DNA of 64,000 bases from contig OZ037769.1 of assembly GCA_964035545.1 (NCBI GenBank), positions 7,607,929 through 7,671,928 of the forward strand, read 5' to 3'. Of this stretch, positions 29,760-44,721 are shown piece after piece (within the stretch, counting starts at the first letter, position 1; each line of letters opens with the position of its first letter). Both the position numbers and the translations under genes were made by a program. This DNA comes from Bugula neritina (taxonomy: Eukaryota; Animalia; Bryozoa). Below the pieces are notes generated by a model. It searched no databases, was not told the origin of the DNA, and was given only the letters and a program-made list of their open reading frames with translations.

Positions 29760-31201
29760 CTTGAAATATATTCAATTTGTCAATCAAACCAATAGCTTTT
29801 CAAACAATAAAAATGTACATGTTATAGATAAATCTGTGAACCTAAAACCATACTCAGGACAAAAAATTCTTCGTATTACAAACTACTCAAAGTTTATAAT
29901 ATTAAGCCAAAGTTTTGTCTATTTCACTTATTGAAAACTTAATCCATTTATGAATGAATTTTGAAATGATGAGTTTTATTCACTTGGAAATGCTATAATT
30001 CAACAAAAACTGACACTGCAAGCTAAACTACTCAAAGGGTAGAACTTAGAACCTCTGTTCTTAAAAACAAAATTACATACACTGTGCACACACGCGCACA
30101 CATATATAACAGACTTAAAGAAAAATGTTGAAGGTCACCACATAGTTAAGGAAGTAGCTTCAGGACTCACATTGAGTGCTGTTTCTAAAAAGGAAGACTA
30201 TTTCTAGCAACAAATATTAATTAAACTTGGCACAGAGCTGTGGCTGTGAAGGAAAGAGAATCATATGAAGTGTTTCACTTGTTCCTGAAAAGAAAGTTAA
30301 AATATGTCAAGGCTAAACCTAATACGAAGTATGCAGTCATAATAATGGCAGTATTGAGGCAATTTAATATTCAAACAAGAAAAGTGGTTAGGCCTATAAC
30401 GCTCAACTATTCGAAGTGTGATGCCTTAAGATTACACCAAACTTGATTGTAGTATGCACTGACTCTAATACATTGAATAGCACATCTACATTCTAAATAT
30501 CATAGGGTAGATTTACACAACTGCATACACACACTATGCGAACTGATTGATTGAAACATTATTGTGGATATTTTTGCTAAAGTATCGCATTATGCTCTTT
30601 TCAAGGGCATATGCAAGATTTAAAAAAGCTTCAAAAGATCTGTGTTCAATATGAAACATTTGGCAAAATAAGTTGCAGTGTGCTATTAGAATTCTCAACT
30701 TCAATTGATTAAAATTTATAGTGGTAATTAGGAACTTATGTTAGTTATTAGATAAATGATTTCATCTTGTGAGTTTAGTGGTGATGGATGATTTTAATGA
30801 TCACACCAGTCTTTTGATTATGGTATTAACAAAATTGCTTTCCTTAGCAACTTAATGACTAATTGTTTGCAGTCTTTTCTACAACATTACACAAGCTTGT
30901 CGTCATAGTATGTCAATTTAATTTATTATTATACAGAAGTCATCAGTTGACCATGTTTTAGGCTTCACAGGATTGAGGATCAAACACAAATAGCGGGTTA
31001 AATAAGTTACACAAATACTAAATGTGTTTTAGGGATTTACGAAATTCATATGCCGATCAAACTTTATGCAGATCGGGTGGAAGCTGTCAGAAAGATAATT
31101 TAGTATTACAGAGCATTCTCAAGATAACATGATGGTTAAAATTTTAGACAACTATTAAACTAGACAGGTGGCAGGTGGCTTTTTTACTATTCACCAATGT
31201 G

Positions 31202-32168
31202 CAGAGTGGTATATATTAGGAGTGTTGACATTAGGTAATCTTACGGAATCATATGGGCGCCATTATGCCGAGATTGGTACCGCGAGTTTATATAAGTTAT
31301 AAAGGAAAAATTTTGTCACTTTTGTTATTTTATTTTTTTTCTATTTTATGTGTCCATTTTTTTAGTTTTGTTTATTGGTAAAGTTTTTAAACACATTTTT
31401 TATGCACATAAAATTTAAAAAAAATTAAAACTCAATCATGCACGTAAATACAAAGCTATAAAGTTGAAGCTTCGCTGTGATTACAATGTGAATATGAATT
31501 GAATAATGCTTGCAATAACCATTCTACACAAAATACGTTACAGTTGCTATAAATGTAAGACTAGTATATTGGATGCAAATAGGCACGGTAATACTACTTA
31601 AGTTATGCTATTTTTGAAATTTGTAGTAAATATTTGGCGTGTATATATATATAATATATATATAATATAATATATAATATAGTATTAAAATATATATATA
31701 TATATTATATATGATATTATTATATATATATAATATATTAATGTATAATATATTATTATAATATATATATATTATATATAATATATAATATAATAATATA
31801 TTATATATGATATTATTATATATATAATATATATATATAATATAATATATAATATAATAATATATAATATATATATTTATATTATATATAATATTGTTAT
31901 ACTTATATAATACATATATATATAATATAACATAATATATAATATAACAATATATAATATATAATAATATATATGTATATTAAATATAATATAATATATA
32001 ATATAATAATATATTATTATAATATATATGTATATTAAATATAATATAATATATAATATAATAATGTATAATATAATAATATATTATATGTGATATTATT
32101 ATATATATAATATATATATATAATATAATATAATGATATATAATATATTATTATAATATATATATATC

Positions 32169-32203
<35 letters not shown>

Positions 32204-32578
32204 ATATTATTATACTTATATAATACATATATATATAATATAATATAATATATAATATAACAATATATAATATATATAATAATATATAATATATTATTAT
32301 AATATATATATATAAATATATATATATTATATATAATATAATTATACTTATATAATACATATATATATAATATAATATAACAATATATAATATATAATTA
32401 TAATATATATATTATGTAATATAAAATATAATATAATAATATATTATATGTATTATATATTATATATAATATAATAATATATAATATATCATTATAAAAT
32501 ATATATTATATATAATATTATTATACTTATATAATACATATATAATATAATATATAATATAACAATATATAATATATT

Positions 32579-32620
<42 letters not shown>

Positions 32621-33049
32621 CATGCCAAATATTTACTACAAATTTCAAAAATAGCATAAATTAAGTAGTATTACCGTGCCTATTTGCATCCAATTTACTA
32701 GTCTTACATTTATAGCAACTGTAACGTATTTTGTGTAAAATGGTTATTGCAATTATTATTCAATTCATATTCACGTTGTAATCACAGCGAAGCTTAGACT
32801 TTATAGCTTTGTATTTACGTGCATGATTGAGTTTTAATTTTTTTTTAAATTTTATATGCATTGAAAATATGTTTAAAAACTTTACCAATAAACAAAATTA
32901 AAAAAAAATGAACACCTAAAATTAAAAAAAAAATAAAATCACAAAACTGACAAAATTTTTCCTTTATAACTTATATAAACTCGCGGTACCAATAGCGGCA
33001 TTATGATTTTTCATGGTTTAAAGTCAACACTCCTAAATATACCACACTG
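31202..33049. mobile_element. 1.85-kb non-autonomous foldback DNA transposon, ~440-bp inverted arms, 8-bp TSD (hAT-like)
   Basis: CCAATGTG (31194-31201)|CAGAGTGGTATAT...ATATACCACACTG|CCAATGTG (33050-33057). Arms ~31202-31645 and ~32617-33049 are reverse complements. Confidence 0.88.
31645..32618. repeat. Nearly pure A/T low-complexity spacer of the foldback element
   Basis: TA/TAA/TATAA degenerate repeats with a recurring ATACTTATATAATACATATAT block. Confidence 0.95.
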
Positions 33050-33342
33050 CCAATGTGTCACAGGAGGTTGAAATTGTATTGAATACTTTTAACATACCAA
33101 GTAGATATTTTTAAAAGGCATATGCTAAAGGGTAGCAAGTAGTAGGAGCAGCATCAGTATACTCCTACTAAATTATACCCACCATTATTATTTCTATTTG
33201 GTCCACTAGACTTATAGTTCTGCTGACTTTGAGTGAGATACTGTAGCAAATGTGGGGATAGAACTCATGTTATCATTATATCATTGTTGTTATTTACTAC
33301 CTAATCCATTGCATAATTTCCTTTGTGAATTAGTTTTTTTGT

Positions 33343-33517
33343 AAGTCCGACTTCGGCTGAGTCGGACACACCAAAATTATTGGGAATGTTTGATTCATAG
33401 GATTTGGACACCCGACTGAGTTCCGGGTGTCTGTTCCGAACCCATTCCAAATCAGGCGTCCGATTCGGACACCTGAATGTCAGTCAGGCGCCCGAACTCA
33501 GCCCGAAATTGGACCTC
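33343..33517. mobile_element. GC-rich palindromic MITE-like element with internal GGACACC/GGTGTCC sub-repeats
   Basis: Left AAGTCCGACTTCGGCTGAGTCGGACAC versus reverse complement of the right end AGGTCCAATTTCGGGCTGAGTTCGGGCGC. Confidence 0.6.
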
Positions 33518-33766
33518 CGTTTAGAGAGTAATTTTGTATATAAGTACGAGCTTTTCAGTCTCTAGTGAGACAGACTGGGAACTAACACCAATTAGTACGC
33601 GTATTTATCACTATTCACTGTGCGGAGCCACACCTGGGTTCTTTTCCTAGCAGGCACTATAATAAATCCTAAGTAACCGGCAACCTGTCTCATTTCGCAT
33701 CTGCTTGGTTTCATTGACAAACCCCCAAATTATCACAATATTAACAGACTAAACCCAGTAGTATTA

Positions 33767-34115
33767 AGGCCTAGCCACACACTCGTGAGAATCACATGAA
33801 TTTGTCTATTTGACATGAAAACACAAACGTACGATCAAATTTGAGGGAATTCAAACGAAATCGTCTTCGTTGGGTGCACCCAACGAAGACGATGGATGAA
33901 AATCACAATTAACGATAAGCACCATTTGATTGGTCAATAGCATTTTAGCAACAGTAATTATTTCATTTCTACCACGTGTCTCTGTTTGGAAATTTTCTGC
34001 TGTTTGTATCTCGTGCAAGACTCATTCACGGACTATTTATTATGTGTTTCGTCCGACAAGTGTGTGGCTCGTCACACGAGTTTCGTGTGGTTCTCACGAG
34101 CGTGAGGCCAGGCCT
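33767..34115. mobile_element. PIF/Harbinger-like MITE, ~35-bp TIRs, TTA TSD
   Basis: TTA|AGGCCTAGCCACACACTCGTGAGAATCACATGAA...TTCGTGTGGTTCTCACGAGCGTGAGGCCAGGCCT|TTA. Confidence 0.78.
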
Positions 34116-34519
34116 TTACTCTTTACTTACAACTGCTTTTGCTGTTACTACAACTATTACCATTAACAACAGCGATAGTAGCAACAACATTAATAGCACT
34201 AGTAATAAATCTTTTCTACAGCCAGTACTTTATCTTGTAAAAGATGTTTTTCTGTTAACTTAAATTATAAATACCTCAACTAACATGTTAGTAATAGTTG
34301 TTGCCAGTTGTTTGCCTAACATTGATCGGTATAAATTAATATTATACTCTATCCGAGACTAGCTTTTTATTTATTCCAATTGGATTTCAACAGTTTATTG
34401 TTTTTATATAAATACTAGCAACTAAAAAAATTAGATCTCAACTTCAAGTAAAACGCTAAGTTAGTAGTTACAAAATAAAATAATAAATATTTAAAATAAC
34501 ATTGAAATTAGTCTATAAT

Positions 34520-35190
34520 TATTAATATTATTCATTATTGGTAATACTGATAGAAAATGGTTTAATTACAGATTTACTAAGTAGTAATTATAATGATAAT
34601 CATAATCATGTCAAGTATAAATTATAAAAAACTAGAAATTCATAATCAATCAATACCATTATCATAGATAATACTATTAGTATAAATAAGTATTACTATT
34701 AGTCTTAGATTAAGATAATATTAGTTGTGAAACTCAGACTGAGAGTGAATTATTAGAGTTAGTACATCCACATTGTGATTGCTAGTTTTTTCTGACTCTT
34801 AATCTCCTACTATTACTATTACTATTAGTATTAATAATATTACTACAGCTACTATTAATATAACTTAAACTATTACTATTAGTATTACTATTAAGTATTA
34901 TTAGTATAAGTATTACTATTACTATTACTATTAGTAATACTGTAAGTGTATTACTATTACTATTAGTATTAGTATTACTATTACTATTAGTATTATAATT
35001 AGTAAAATCAAAATGAATATTTTTGACAATAATTCGATAAACAAATATTCGTATAAATATAACATTATTTACAACTACTTTATAATCATTGGGCTTGAAC
35101 TTTTGCTATAAAGCAATCAATATCATCATTATCATAATGATAATATTAATTGATATTAATTGTGATCATCGAAACTCATTCTAATCATTG
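34520..35190. repeat. Degenerate hexamer-periodic tract (TATTAC/TATTAG)
   Basis: e.g. AGTATTACTATTACTATTACTATTAGTAATACT. Confidence 0.75.
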
Positions 35191-35879
35191 TCTACGTAGT
35201 TAGTTTGTACAGACTACAGAGGGCAATGTGAGTTAATTCCGATTGTATAAAAAGGGAGTCACAGGTAAATGGGATCTTTTACGATAGTTGTACATCAATC
35301 CTCACTTTTTCTTTGTAATCACTAATAGAAGAAAAGACAACTCTTAGCTTACTATCTTCGCACGCTTTTCACTTGTTTTTCTGCTGTTTAATATTAATAA
35401 TTTGATAATTTCAATCATGTGAATGTTGGTATCAATTCGTTTGCATAATTATTTTAAATTTAGAACTCCTATTCACAAAAATTAATCATAATGTTGCAGG
35501 TTAAGTTTGTAGACTAGTGTTTGAATATATAGCTGAAAAATATATTTTTTCATCTGAAGTTGTCAAGACCTAATCCTAAAGGTTCCCAGCTACTTTTCGA
35601 CTTGTGTAGTGGTAGCAGATGCTTTTAGACTTTCATCGAAATCATAAATGTATTCATTTATAAGATGTAATAGTGTAGAATAAGCTAGAATGTAAGCAGA
35701 TACAGGAAAAGAGCTAGAGTTCTAGAGAATAATTGTAATAAAGGTGCATTTTGTTGCCCTGTTGCACATCCAGTTATATATAGCAATTTAAATTTACTAA
35801 TGAGCCTGATGAGTGCTGCAAAAACTAAAATCAATAAATGTGAAAGTGTCATCCAGAAATTGTTTTTTTTTCTTAGTTT

Positions 35880-36075
<196 letters not shown>

Positions 36076-36131
36076 ACTGTGAGATATAGTGCGCTGCTTA
36101 AAAGAGCTCAATGTTTAAAACAGAGCATATC

Positions 36132-36329
36132 ATAAAATAGAATTGAAATGACACAGTTAAAATTGATAAAACATTTTATTACTAATAGTTTCATGTATGT
36201 TAAAATATACACTCTTCAGATAAAATGTTTAAACATTTTATCTGAAGAGTGTATATTTTAACATACATGAAACTATTAGTAATAAAATGTTTTATCAATT
36301 TTAACTGTGTCATTTCAATTCTATTTTAT
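36132..36329. repeat. 198-bp perfect spacerless palindrome
   Basis: Centre GTTT|AAAC at 36230/36231; the 99-bp arms read as exact reverse complements. Confidence 0.93.
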
Positions 36330-36346
36330 ATATATATGTATATATG

Positions 36347-36385
<39 letters not shown>

Positions 36386-38480
36386 TATGTATATATGTAA
36401 TAGAGTTATACTTTCTAAATTATAGTTTTATATCAGCCAGGTTAAAAAATTCATAGCTCGCAGCAACTGCATCATGGCTATATCTGTTGTAGTAGAAATA
36501 CATTTGTACAAAATATTTTGTTTTATTTAAAAAAAACATTATAAAATGGTGCATACTTAATACAAAAATATTTAGGTGCATGCTGGGCACATACACACAC
36601 ATATATTATAGACATAATATTATTATTTTGTATTATATGCATACTATTTATAGGTCTGGCACATGTCCAGTGCAACCAAACTATGTAAAAAGCAATAAAC
36701 AGGTTGCACCAACACAATCATACACCTAATCTGAGCTATCATCAACAGCAAGAAAACTGCAATTTCTCAGGGAAAAATTGCTGAGTCTCACTCACTCTTT
36801 GTCTGTTTTAGATCCTGATTCTTGAACACTGCAATTTCCTTTCAATAGTGCAAACTAATTTTTGTTGCTGAAAAATAAATATATAACACTAACAATACTT
36901 GTAAGGGTGTGCATAGTTCGCATACAGTGCATACTTATACGTTTTGTGAACAAACCTTTATTATATATTTTCTAGCTTTTCCAAGAACTGTTTGCATTAG
37001 TCGAATCTTAGAAAACGTTTATCGAATTCCTGGTTAAATTAATAAACAGTGCTATATTGACCAACCTTCTACACACCATAGTTGCACCATTATATCACAT
37101 GTCTAGTTGGCAAACAGTATAACACACCAACTGGTTATAAGGAAATGAGAATGAACAAGCTTTTTCATTGGTGCTTTGCTATTGCAATAATTATTCAAAA
37201 AAAGTTAAATGTAATTTCTTTGAAGGAAAATATTTTGATTTGCCTTGACAAAAACTAAAAACAATAACTTACAAGCAAACTGTTGAAGCATACAAGCAAA
37301 ACAATTGGGTAAATTTTATTGTGAAGGGTGGATGTTGAAAATCTTATTGTGAAAGTGAACGATATGGCAACTTGGCGTGAACTTGTTGACATTCTTGATA
37401 AAAGTTAGGTCTAACCTTGTATATATTTTTATTGGACTTGAGGAAAGCTCAAGAAAACAAATAAAATACCTGTGTTATAGATAAGGTGTGTTGTTACCTG
37501 TGAGGTATAACCACATATGAGGTGACTGAAAGGTCATTATGAAGAACTTGTGTACACTAATGAGACTTGCAACTGGTAGTCAAAAGAGAAATTGCGTCCT
37601 TCATTACCCAGCTTGCAAGCCACCAAGTACTTGAGCAGCTATTATAACTATCTATGTATATGTGTATGTATGTATATGAATACATGTATATGTATGTAGG
37701 TGTATATATATGTGTGCGTGCGTGTGTATTTAATAAAAGAATATAACATAATAAGTCGTGAGTTCCAAGAAAACCTGATAAAGTGAAATGATATTATAAC
37801 AATGTATAGTATGTTCCAGTAACCAGCCAATCTAACCTAAGGCGGGTAGGGGTTAACAAATATTATGATTGAGCACCTCTCGCACTGTAAAAACTGAAGC
37901 CTAGAAAACTTCAGCTGACATTTATGATTGATTGATTGATTTATTACATATCACAAACATGACAACACGTTGCAAAATTCAGTGTAAATACTGGCTATAA
38001 TAAGTAGGAATGAACAAAAATAAGAGAAAAAATCAAAACTCTGTTGGATTATTTAAAATAAAAGCTCATTTAAAGTATTTACAAGATGTCGCAAGAAGCT
38101 ATCTCTGCCCCATGCCCCTCTATATTTGATGATCTCTAATCAAAAGTTGTAGTTAACAAACACCTCAGTAAAACTTATTGGTTTCAACATAAGAAGCTGT
38201 ACATGCTTCAAGTAAACTTTATTTACAATTAGGTTAGTTTTGCTAGGGTTTGACATAAATAGAAGTACATTTTGTCTGGATCTGGTTCATTCTTCTTAAT
38301 TGTAATTACAATAAGTGGTGCTATATTAGGGAAGAGACTTGAATTTATGCAAAATAGACTAATGTGAGATAATAATGCATTCAAAAACTGCATATGTAGG
38401 TATAGGGTCATTATACAACTAGATGTATAACAATGTTATGTACTCACAAAGCATCAGTTAGGGGGTTTCTAATTTCTTAA

Positions 38481-39071
38481 AGAATCCCTGACACACTTCA
38501 CTTATGTAGTATTAAAATATTCTTATACATCTTAGTTGTCATCTACATACTGTTTTAAGGTTATATACCTAAACAATTTTGTTTTACAATGAATTTTGTG
38601 CATGTATGTGCTGAAATGATTTGGGAGTTGTGATCGCTTGCAGATGATGTTTCCGGTAAGCTTTGACTTTAAAGCCACTATAAAACTTATACTAATTATA
38701 CCTAACTTTCATTGCATGCTATTGTTAGCTGCTGCACTGCACAGCCTAATCACTGATACGGCTTGAAAGTTCACAGTTTAAACTTTTAAGTCATTTCAGT
38801 GATTAAGCTGTGCAGTGCAGCAGCTAACAATAGCATGCAATGAAAGTTAGGTATAATTAGTATAAGTTTTATAGTGGCTTTAAAGTCAAAGCTTACCGGA
38901 AACATCATCTGCAAGCGATCACAACTCCCAAATCATTTCAGCACATACATGCACAAAATTCATTATAAAACAAAATTGTTTAGGTATATAACCTTAAAAC
39001 AGTATGTAGATGACAACTAAGATGTATAAGAATATTTTAATACTGCATAAGTGAAGTGTGTCAGGGATCCT
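38481..39071. mobile_element. ~590-bp near-perfect palindromic MITE, TTAA-flanked with AG termini (Kolobok-like)
   Basis: TTAA|AGAATCCCTGACACACTTCACTTATG...CATAAGTGAAGTGTGTCAGGGATCCT|TTAA; arms of ~290 bp with few mismatches and a short loop near 38772-38780. Confidence 0.85.
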
Positions 39072-41691
39072 TTAAATATTTTAATGCGGTTTGGTGCTAA
39101 TGGCATAATAATATTATAACAATTCTGAAGACAGCAGATTCCATGTCAACATGGAAAACATTCTCATAATTAATAATAATTAATGTGAGGTAGCAGCTTG
39201 CTACTTGGCACTTGCTGATCGATTGGTCACACGTTTCAGTGGATTAAGTTCAAGATATTTGGATACTACCTTATCTTACACTTATATATTATATAATGTA
39301 GCATTTATAAGATCTGTTTGCAGACCCTGACATAGTATTACAAGCAGTATAGCAATATTAACTATAATCAGCATGAAGGTGTTGATAACTTAACTACACA
39401 AATCAACTAAAACTAAATTTCTTCAGATTGCACTTGTATATAGCGTCAACAACTGTTATGTAATAGTGACTAATGGAGTGCATATATTGTGTAAACTATG
39501 TTTGTGATATGCAACAGTAAGCAGCATCTCCCCTTACCTCCCTCTGCACTTCTAGTATATTGTTTTGAATAAAAATCTTCTCCTAGTGTTTAAAAGGATA
39601 TACCTGCTGGCTATAACCTAATAGGAAATCTGTATTGCTCCACTAAACTAAAGTATACACAATAAATTCCTAACGGAGGGATATATTTACATTTCTGTAA
39701 ACAAATGCAACCGTGATAAACATTCTTGCTTACTAGATATCTCTTAACTATTTTGAAATATTCTTTAAGTTTCTTTTGTATGAAGTTACAAATATATATA
39801 ATTCTTTATCTTCCGAGTGCAAACGGCCTGGTTTGATAGCTAATCTATAAAATTAGGTGACATAACATAACAGGTGATACAACAATATAATTTTATGTGC
39901 AGATTAATAGCTGGGCTATTGAAACAAATGTCATCAATTGGTTGAAAGCTGCTGCTATTTCAAGTGGATGCTGCGGTGGTATGTATACTTTAGCTGTATA
40001 GGTGTGTTAAACTTTACTATTATGACAACAATATCACCTTAACTAGACAAAAACAGCTTGTCTCCCCTAAGCCAATAACAACTATCATGGAGTGCAATAA
40101 CAAGCAGTAAATGTGAGAAGTTCAGATAAATATAATTATAACATGCATGAGCACTTACAAAAATATAAATAACTTCATTATTTAATTTGCAGGCACCTGC
40201 AATGATCTAATTGTAGAAAATATTTATATAATAGTGTTAGATATTTATGTATAATATTATTATATCAGATATCTCTATGATACTGTATTGTGGGGACCTA
40301 GAAACAGCAACATGGTTCAAAGTGTGCAAAATATATTTATTATATTTAGTATTGTGCTCTGGGGTTCCAGTTATTAAAACATTGTTTGCATCAACCTGGT
40401 GGCAGAGATATTATGTACTCGGTTAACCATGTAAGAAGATAAACACACTTAAGCAAATAGATCTAAACTCTTCATCCAAAGTTAATCAGCTATAACTTTA
40501 TTATGTCTATAAAAATGCAGCACCTACAGTCTACAGTGACGGCAGTAGACAATTTATAGACCACAGTTTTATGTCAGTTGGCTGTAGGCTACCAAACTAT
40601 GCATTCCAAGACACTTTCATGTTATTCTTAGAAAAGAATGATTAAATCAATTGATCTATTCATGATGATGACACAACCAAGCACTTTATCCAATTGTTAC
40701 CTTGGGCAAATTGGAAGCTAAATTTATCAATTTGCTACCAATATAATACCAAAAACTATAGGGAGCAGCTGTGGTTTATAGGTTAGTATACACAAGGTCA
40801 GTGGTTCAAAATTCCATTGGTGATGTTGGAAATGACATTCAGTTGTAATTGCGCCTTTTCTACAATAGAAAACAATTCCTAAGCAATTCCTTTACAAACA
40901 CCCTCTCCATCGGAGGTTCTCAGGCCGATGGCAGCTATAAACCCACATGATTTTTACAATATCAGAAGCTATCTGCCTTCTTTTGTCCCATATACAAAGT
41001 CAATTATAAAATTTCATAACCACACAACCTAAATGCTGTTTAGTGTGCCGTTATTCTCAATGATTTTGCTTTGAATTTGAAATCATTTAAAATTTGCTTA
41101 TCTTTAGGTTCTTGAAAAATTCGAGAACTTTACTTGTGTGCTCTTAAATGTGGAAAGTAAGCATCCAGCATGCATAGCAACTTTTTGGCTAAGTTAGTGT
41201 TCGGCATATATAATTACAAGAACTGTAGCAGCTATTACAAGTATGGATAGTACTAAATAGTCATTGGTGAAAAAATGGAGTTAATTTATTCACCTGCTAA
41301 TTCTTTTCATTATGGCATAACATAGTCAACTATCATACATATATAAATATTATAATATCTAAAATCTAAATTATATTATTATAAGTATATAAGCTTATAG
41401 CCATAAGAGATAAGTTAAGCAGGTTAAATTTTAGGAACAAAGCTACCATAACAATTTAAAAGAGTAGGAGTAGATACAATTTATAAAGTAGTATAAATAG
41501 TTACTGCATAGTATTACTGAGATTGTCTATGATTACCTTTCAAGCTTCATTAGAAAAGGCTGCATTTTATAGCAGTAATTAAACTTCTATGGGCGAACTT
41601 TAAATGAACTTTTAATGTTTCCCAATAGTACAAAAGTGAGATAAAGTTAGATTAAAACTTTTAATCTCAAGCTATTATTTTTTATTTACAC

Positions 41692-41754
41692 TAACACACC
41701 CACGCACACACACCAACACACATGCACACACACCAACACACATGCACACACACC

Positions 41755-41803
<49 letters not shown>

Positions 41804-41992
41804 CAACACAAATTCACATCAACACAAATTCACATCAACACAAATTCACATCAACACACACACGCACAAGACAACAAACACAAACTTGCACAAGACAACA
41901 CAAGCACGCACAAGACAACACAAGCACGCACAAGACAACACAAACACGCACAAGACAACACAAACACGCACAAGACAACACAACACACACAC
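41692..41992. repeat. Compound CA-rich microsatellite/minisatellite
   Basis: (CA)n with CATCAACACAAATTCA and GCACAAGACAACACAA(G/A)CAC units. Confidence 0.92.
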
Positions 41993-42958
41993 AATTTTAT
42001 ACAATCCTATATTTTTTAAGTTATGAGTTTTAACCAAAAAAGACATAAATATGGCAATTACAGGTAGCTTGAAACTACATTGGCAGTAACTGGCTATGTG
42101 TACTATACTGGGTCAGTCAAATATACTTGAGTTTGCTTTCCTCTGTGTATCTTCAACAAGAAGAGCAGCTGCAAACTGATGCAAATCTCTGCCGGAAAAC
42201 TTGCACTCTCTCAACTTATATAAAAGATATCTACAAATAATTTATCTAAAGCTTAAATACAGCCTACTTACACAATATTTTTCATTCATAAAGTAATCAT
42301 GTGTTTCAATTTAAACGAATTGACAACATGCAGTTAGTTGCACACCGAAAATGCTAATTAAAAAACTAAATTGCATAGCAATTAACTGTTTGTGAGAACA
42401 TTTAAAACTGAAAGTAGTAAGTTATTCAACGTGGATTGTTATACTATTTTTAAATATGCAAATTATAGCTCTACGTAAAAATATTCTCATGAATATTCTT
42501 TTCCTTATGAATCATTGATTCCTAAATTAGATGAATGTGTAGATTATGTAACTATACTTATACTGATCTACAGTGAGATAAATGCATAACCTTGCTAATT
42601 ACTGAATAGAGTAAGTTATCACTACTCATTGTGCTGTCAGACAGCTAACTTTTCATCACAATTGAACAGCCCACTTGAATCTAGTAAAACCTTTCAACTT
42701 CGAGGAAGCCTTCCTGCAAAAAATCATCAAGGTAATACGTTTTGCAAGCTGGCAGTGTGGAGGACATGCTTGTGTTGATAGACATTCCAAGTGATGTGTA
42801 GTACATGCATGATTCAAAAATGAATAAAATGCAAGATAATTTCCTTGTTTTCAGACTATAACAGTAAGGGATATTCTATAATTACCATCACACACTTCTA
42901 ATTATGAAATATTAGCCAGCATTCATTCTGCTCTGACTTCAAGTGCACTGTATGTACA

Positions 42959-43408
42959 ATTAGTCTGGGAGTATAGGCATGCAGGTAGTGTATAATATTA
43001 GTCTGAGAGTATAGGCATGCAGGTAGTGTATAGGATTAGTCTGGGTGTATAGGCATGCAGGTAGTGTATAATATTAGTCTGAGAGTATAGGCATGCAGGT
43101 AGTGTATAATATTAGTCTGGGAGTATAGGCATGCAGGTAGTGTATAAGATTAGTCTGGGTGTATAGGCATGCAGGTAGTGTATAGGATTAGTCTGGGAGT
43201 ATAGGTATGCAGGTAGTGTATAATATTAGTCTGGGAGTATAGGCATGCAGGTAGTGTATAATATTAGTCTGGGTGTATAGGCATGCAGGTAGTGTATAGG
43301 ATTAGTCTGGGAGTATAGGTATGCAGGTAGTGTATAATATTAGTCTGGGAGTATAGGCATGCAGGTAGTGTATAATATTAGTCTGGGTGTATAGGCATGC
43401 AGGTAGTG
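42959..43408. repeat. 38-bp minisatellite (TTAGTCTGGGAGTATAGGCATGCAGGTAGTGTATAATA), ~12 copies
   Basis: Direct reading; period 38. Confidence 0.95.
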
Positions 43409-44721
43409 AAGCTAAGCATTTCACCACCCAGCAGGATCACACCCTAGCAGATATTTATAGATTCTACTTCAAGGAAATAATACTGAATTGAATTATTGTG
43501 TTGACATACACAGGTAGTGCCTGTGTGGTATATATAGCGCACAGTTAGTACACAGTACTCCGGTGTAAACACAACCCTGTACTCTATCAACTGCTTGTTA
43601 CATCTGTACAATAACACCATTCATCACCTCTAGAAAACACTAAATGGTTCATTTCATCTATGACTGTTTTATTGTAATTGAGAAATTACTTGGTGGTCAT
43701 GTAGATAGCAGTACAAGAATCTATTTCAAACGATGCTATGGAAAGAGCACAGCCTGTATAATAAAGCAGTTGTTTTATGTTGTGTGAAGTCATATCTTTT
43801 AGTTTAGAATATATATACAAGAATGAAAAGCAACCATTCAAAAGATCAATTTAGATGTATTTCTCCTGTTATGACTATTTCGGTTACAGTTGGATATGCG
43901 AATGGAGAAGTAAATTAAAAAAAGCCTTAAACTCTTAATACCTACTTGTATTATATTTAAATCATTGGCATTTTTGTATTCAATTTAACTAGCTTACGGT
44001 ACTATATAACACAGCTCGGGTACATCAATAATGCTGAACTAAGGCTACAAATATCAAATTTAGTAAAAATTATCAAATTTTACACACAACACGCACTGTA
44101 TCATCTTACTAAAGAGTTTTGCCATTGATTTTCACCATTTAAATAGCGATTTGAACATTTAGTTGCATGCTTAGCCTTATAAATCTCAACTTATTTTAGT
44201 GACAAAAAGCAGCACAAACATACATGAAAAATAATGCAAATAGAAACTGAGTATGAGCTATTTTAAAAATGTTACATAGTTTGTTAATAGCCAAACTAAA
44301 GTCTTAAATAATACTTGCCCAAGAATAGATATAAAATGACTTAATAAAGAGTTGTCCCTTCCTTATAGCGGCAACATACAAGCCAGCTAAACTATGCAGC
44401 CATCCTAAAACATTGGACAGCCAACCCATCATAATTTCTATAGTCTGTTTAATATTATAGTCTTATCAGTTCACCCATTTGCTACAGTCTCTCTGTTGTA
44501 GTTTCTTATTGGCTTCCACGCCTGGTGTGTAAATAAATCTAGGCCTCTGATTGGTCAATTATTGGTTACACACATGATATAAAAGCCTCCATCATCTATA
44601 ATTCCTTATATTTTTGTGTAAAGAATAATAGCAGTATACACGCAAGCGTGTGAATCACCCTTGTGTCGCTGAGATTAATACTATTCAATTTAAGCACGCA
44701 ACTCATTCACATAAAGTCACA

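Noticed and set aside
40760-40860. Possible third SINE head (GTGGTTCAAAATTCC B-box-like)
   Set aside because: Too degenerate to support without alignment.
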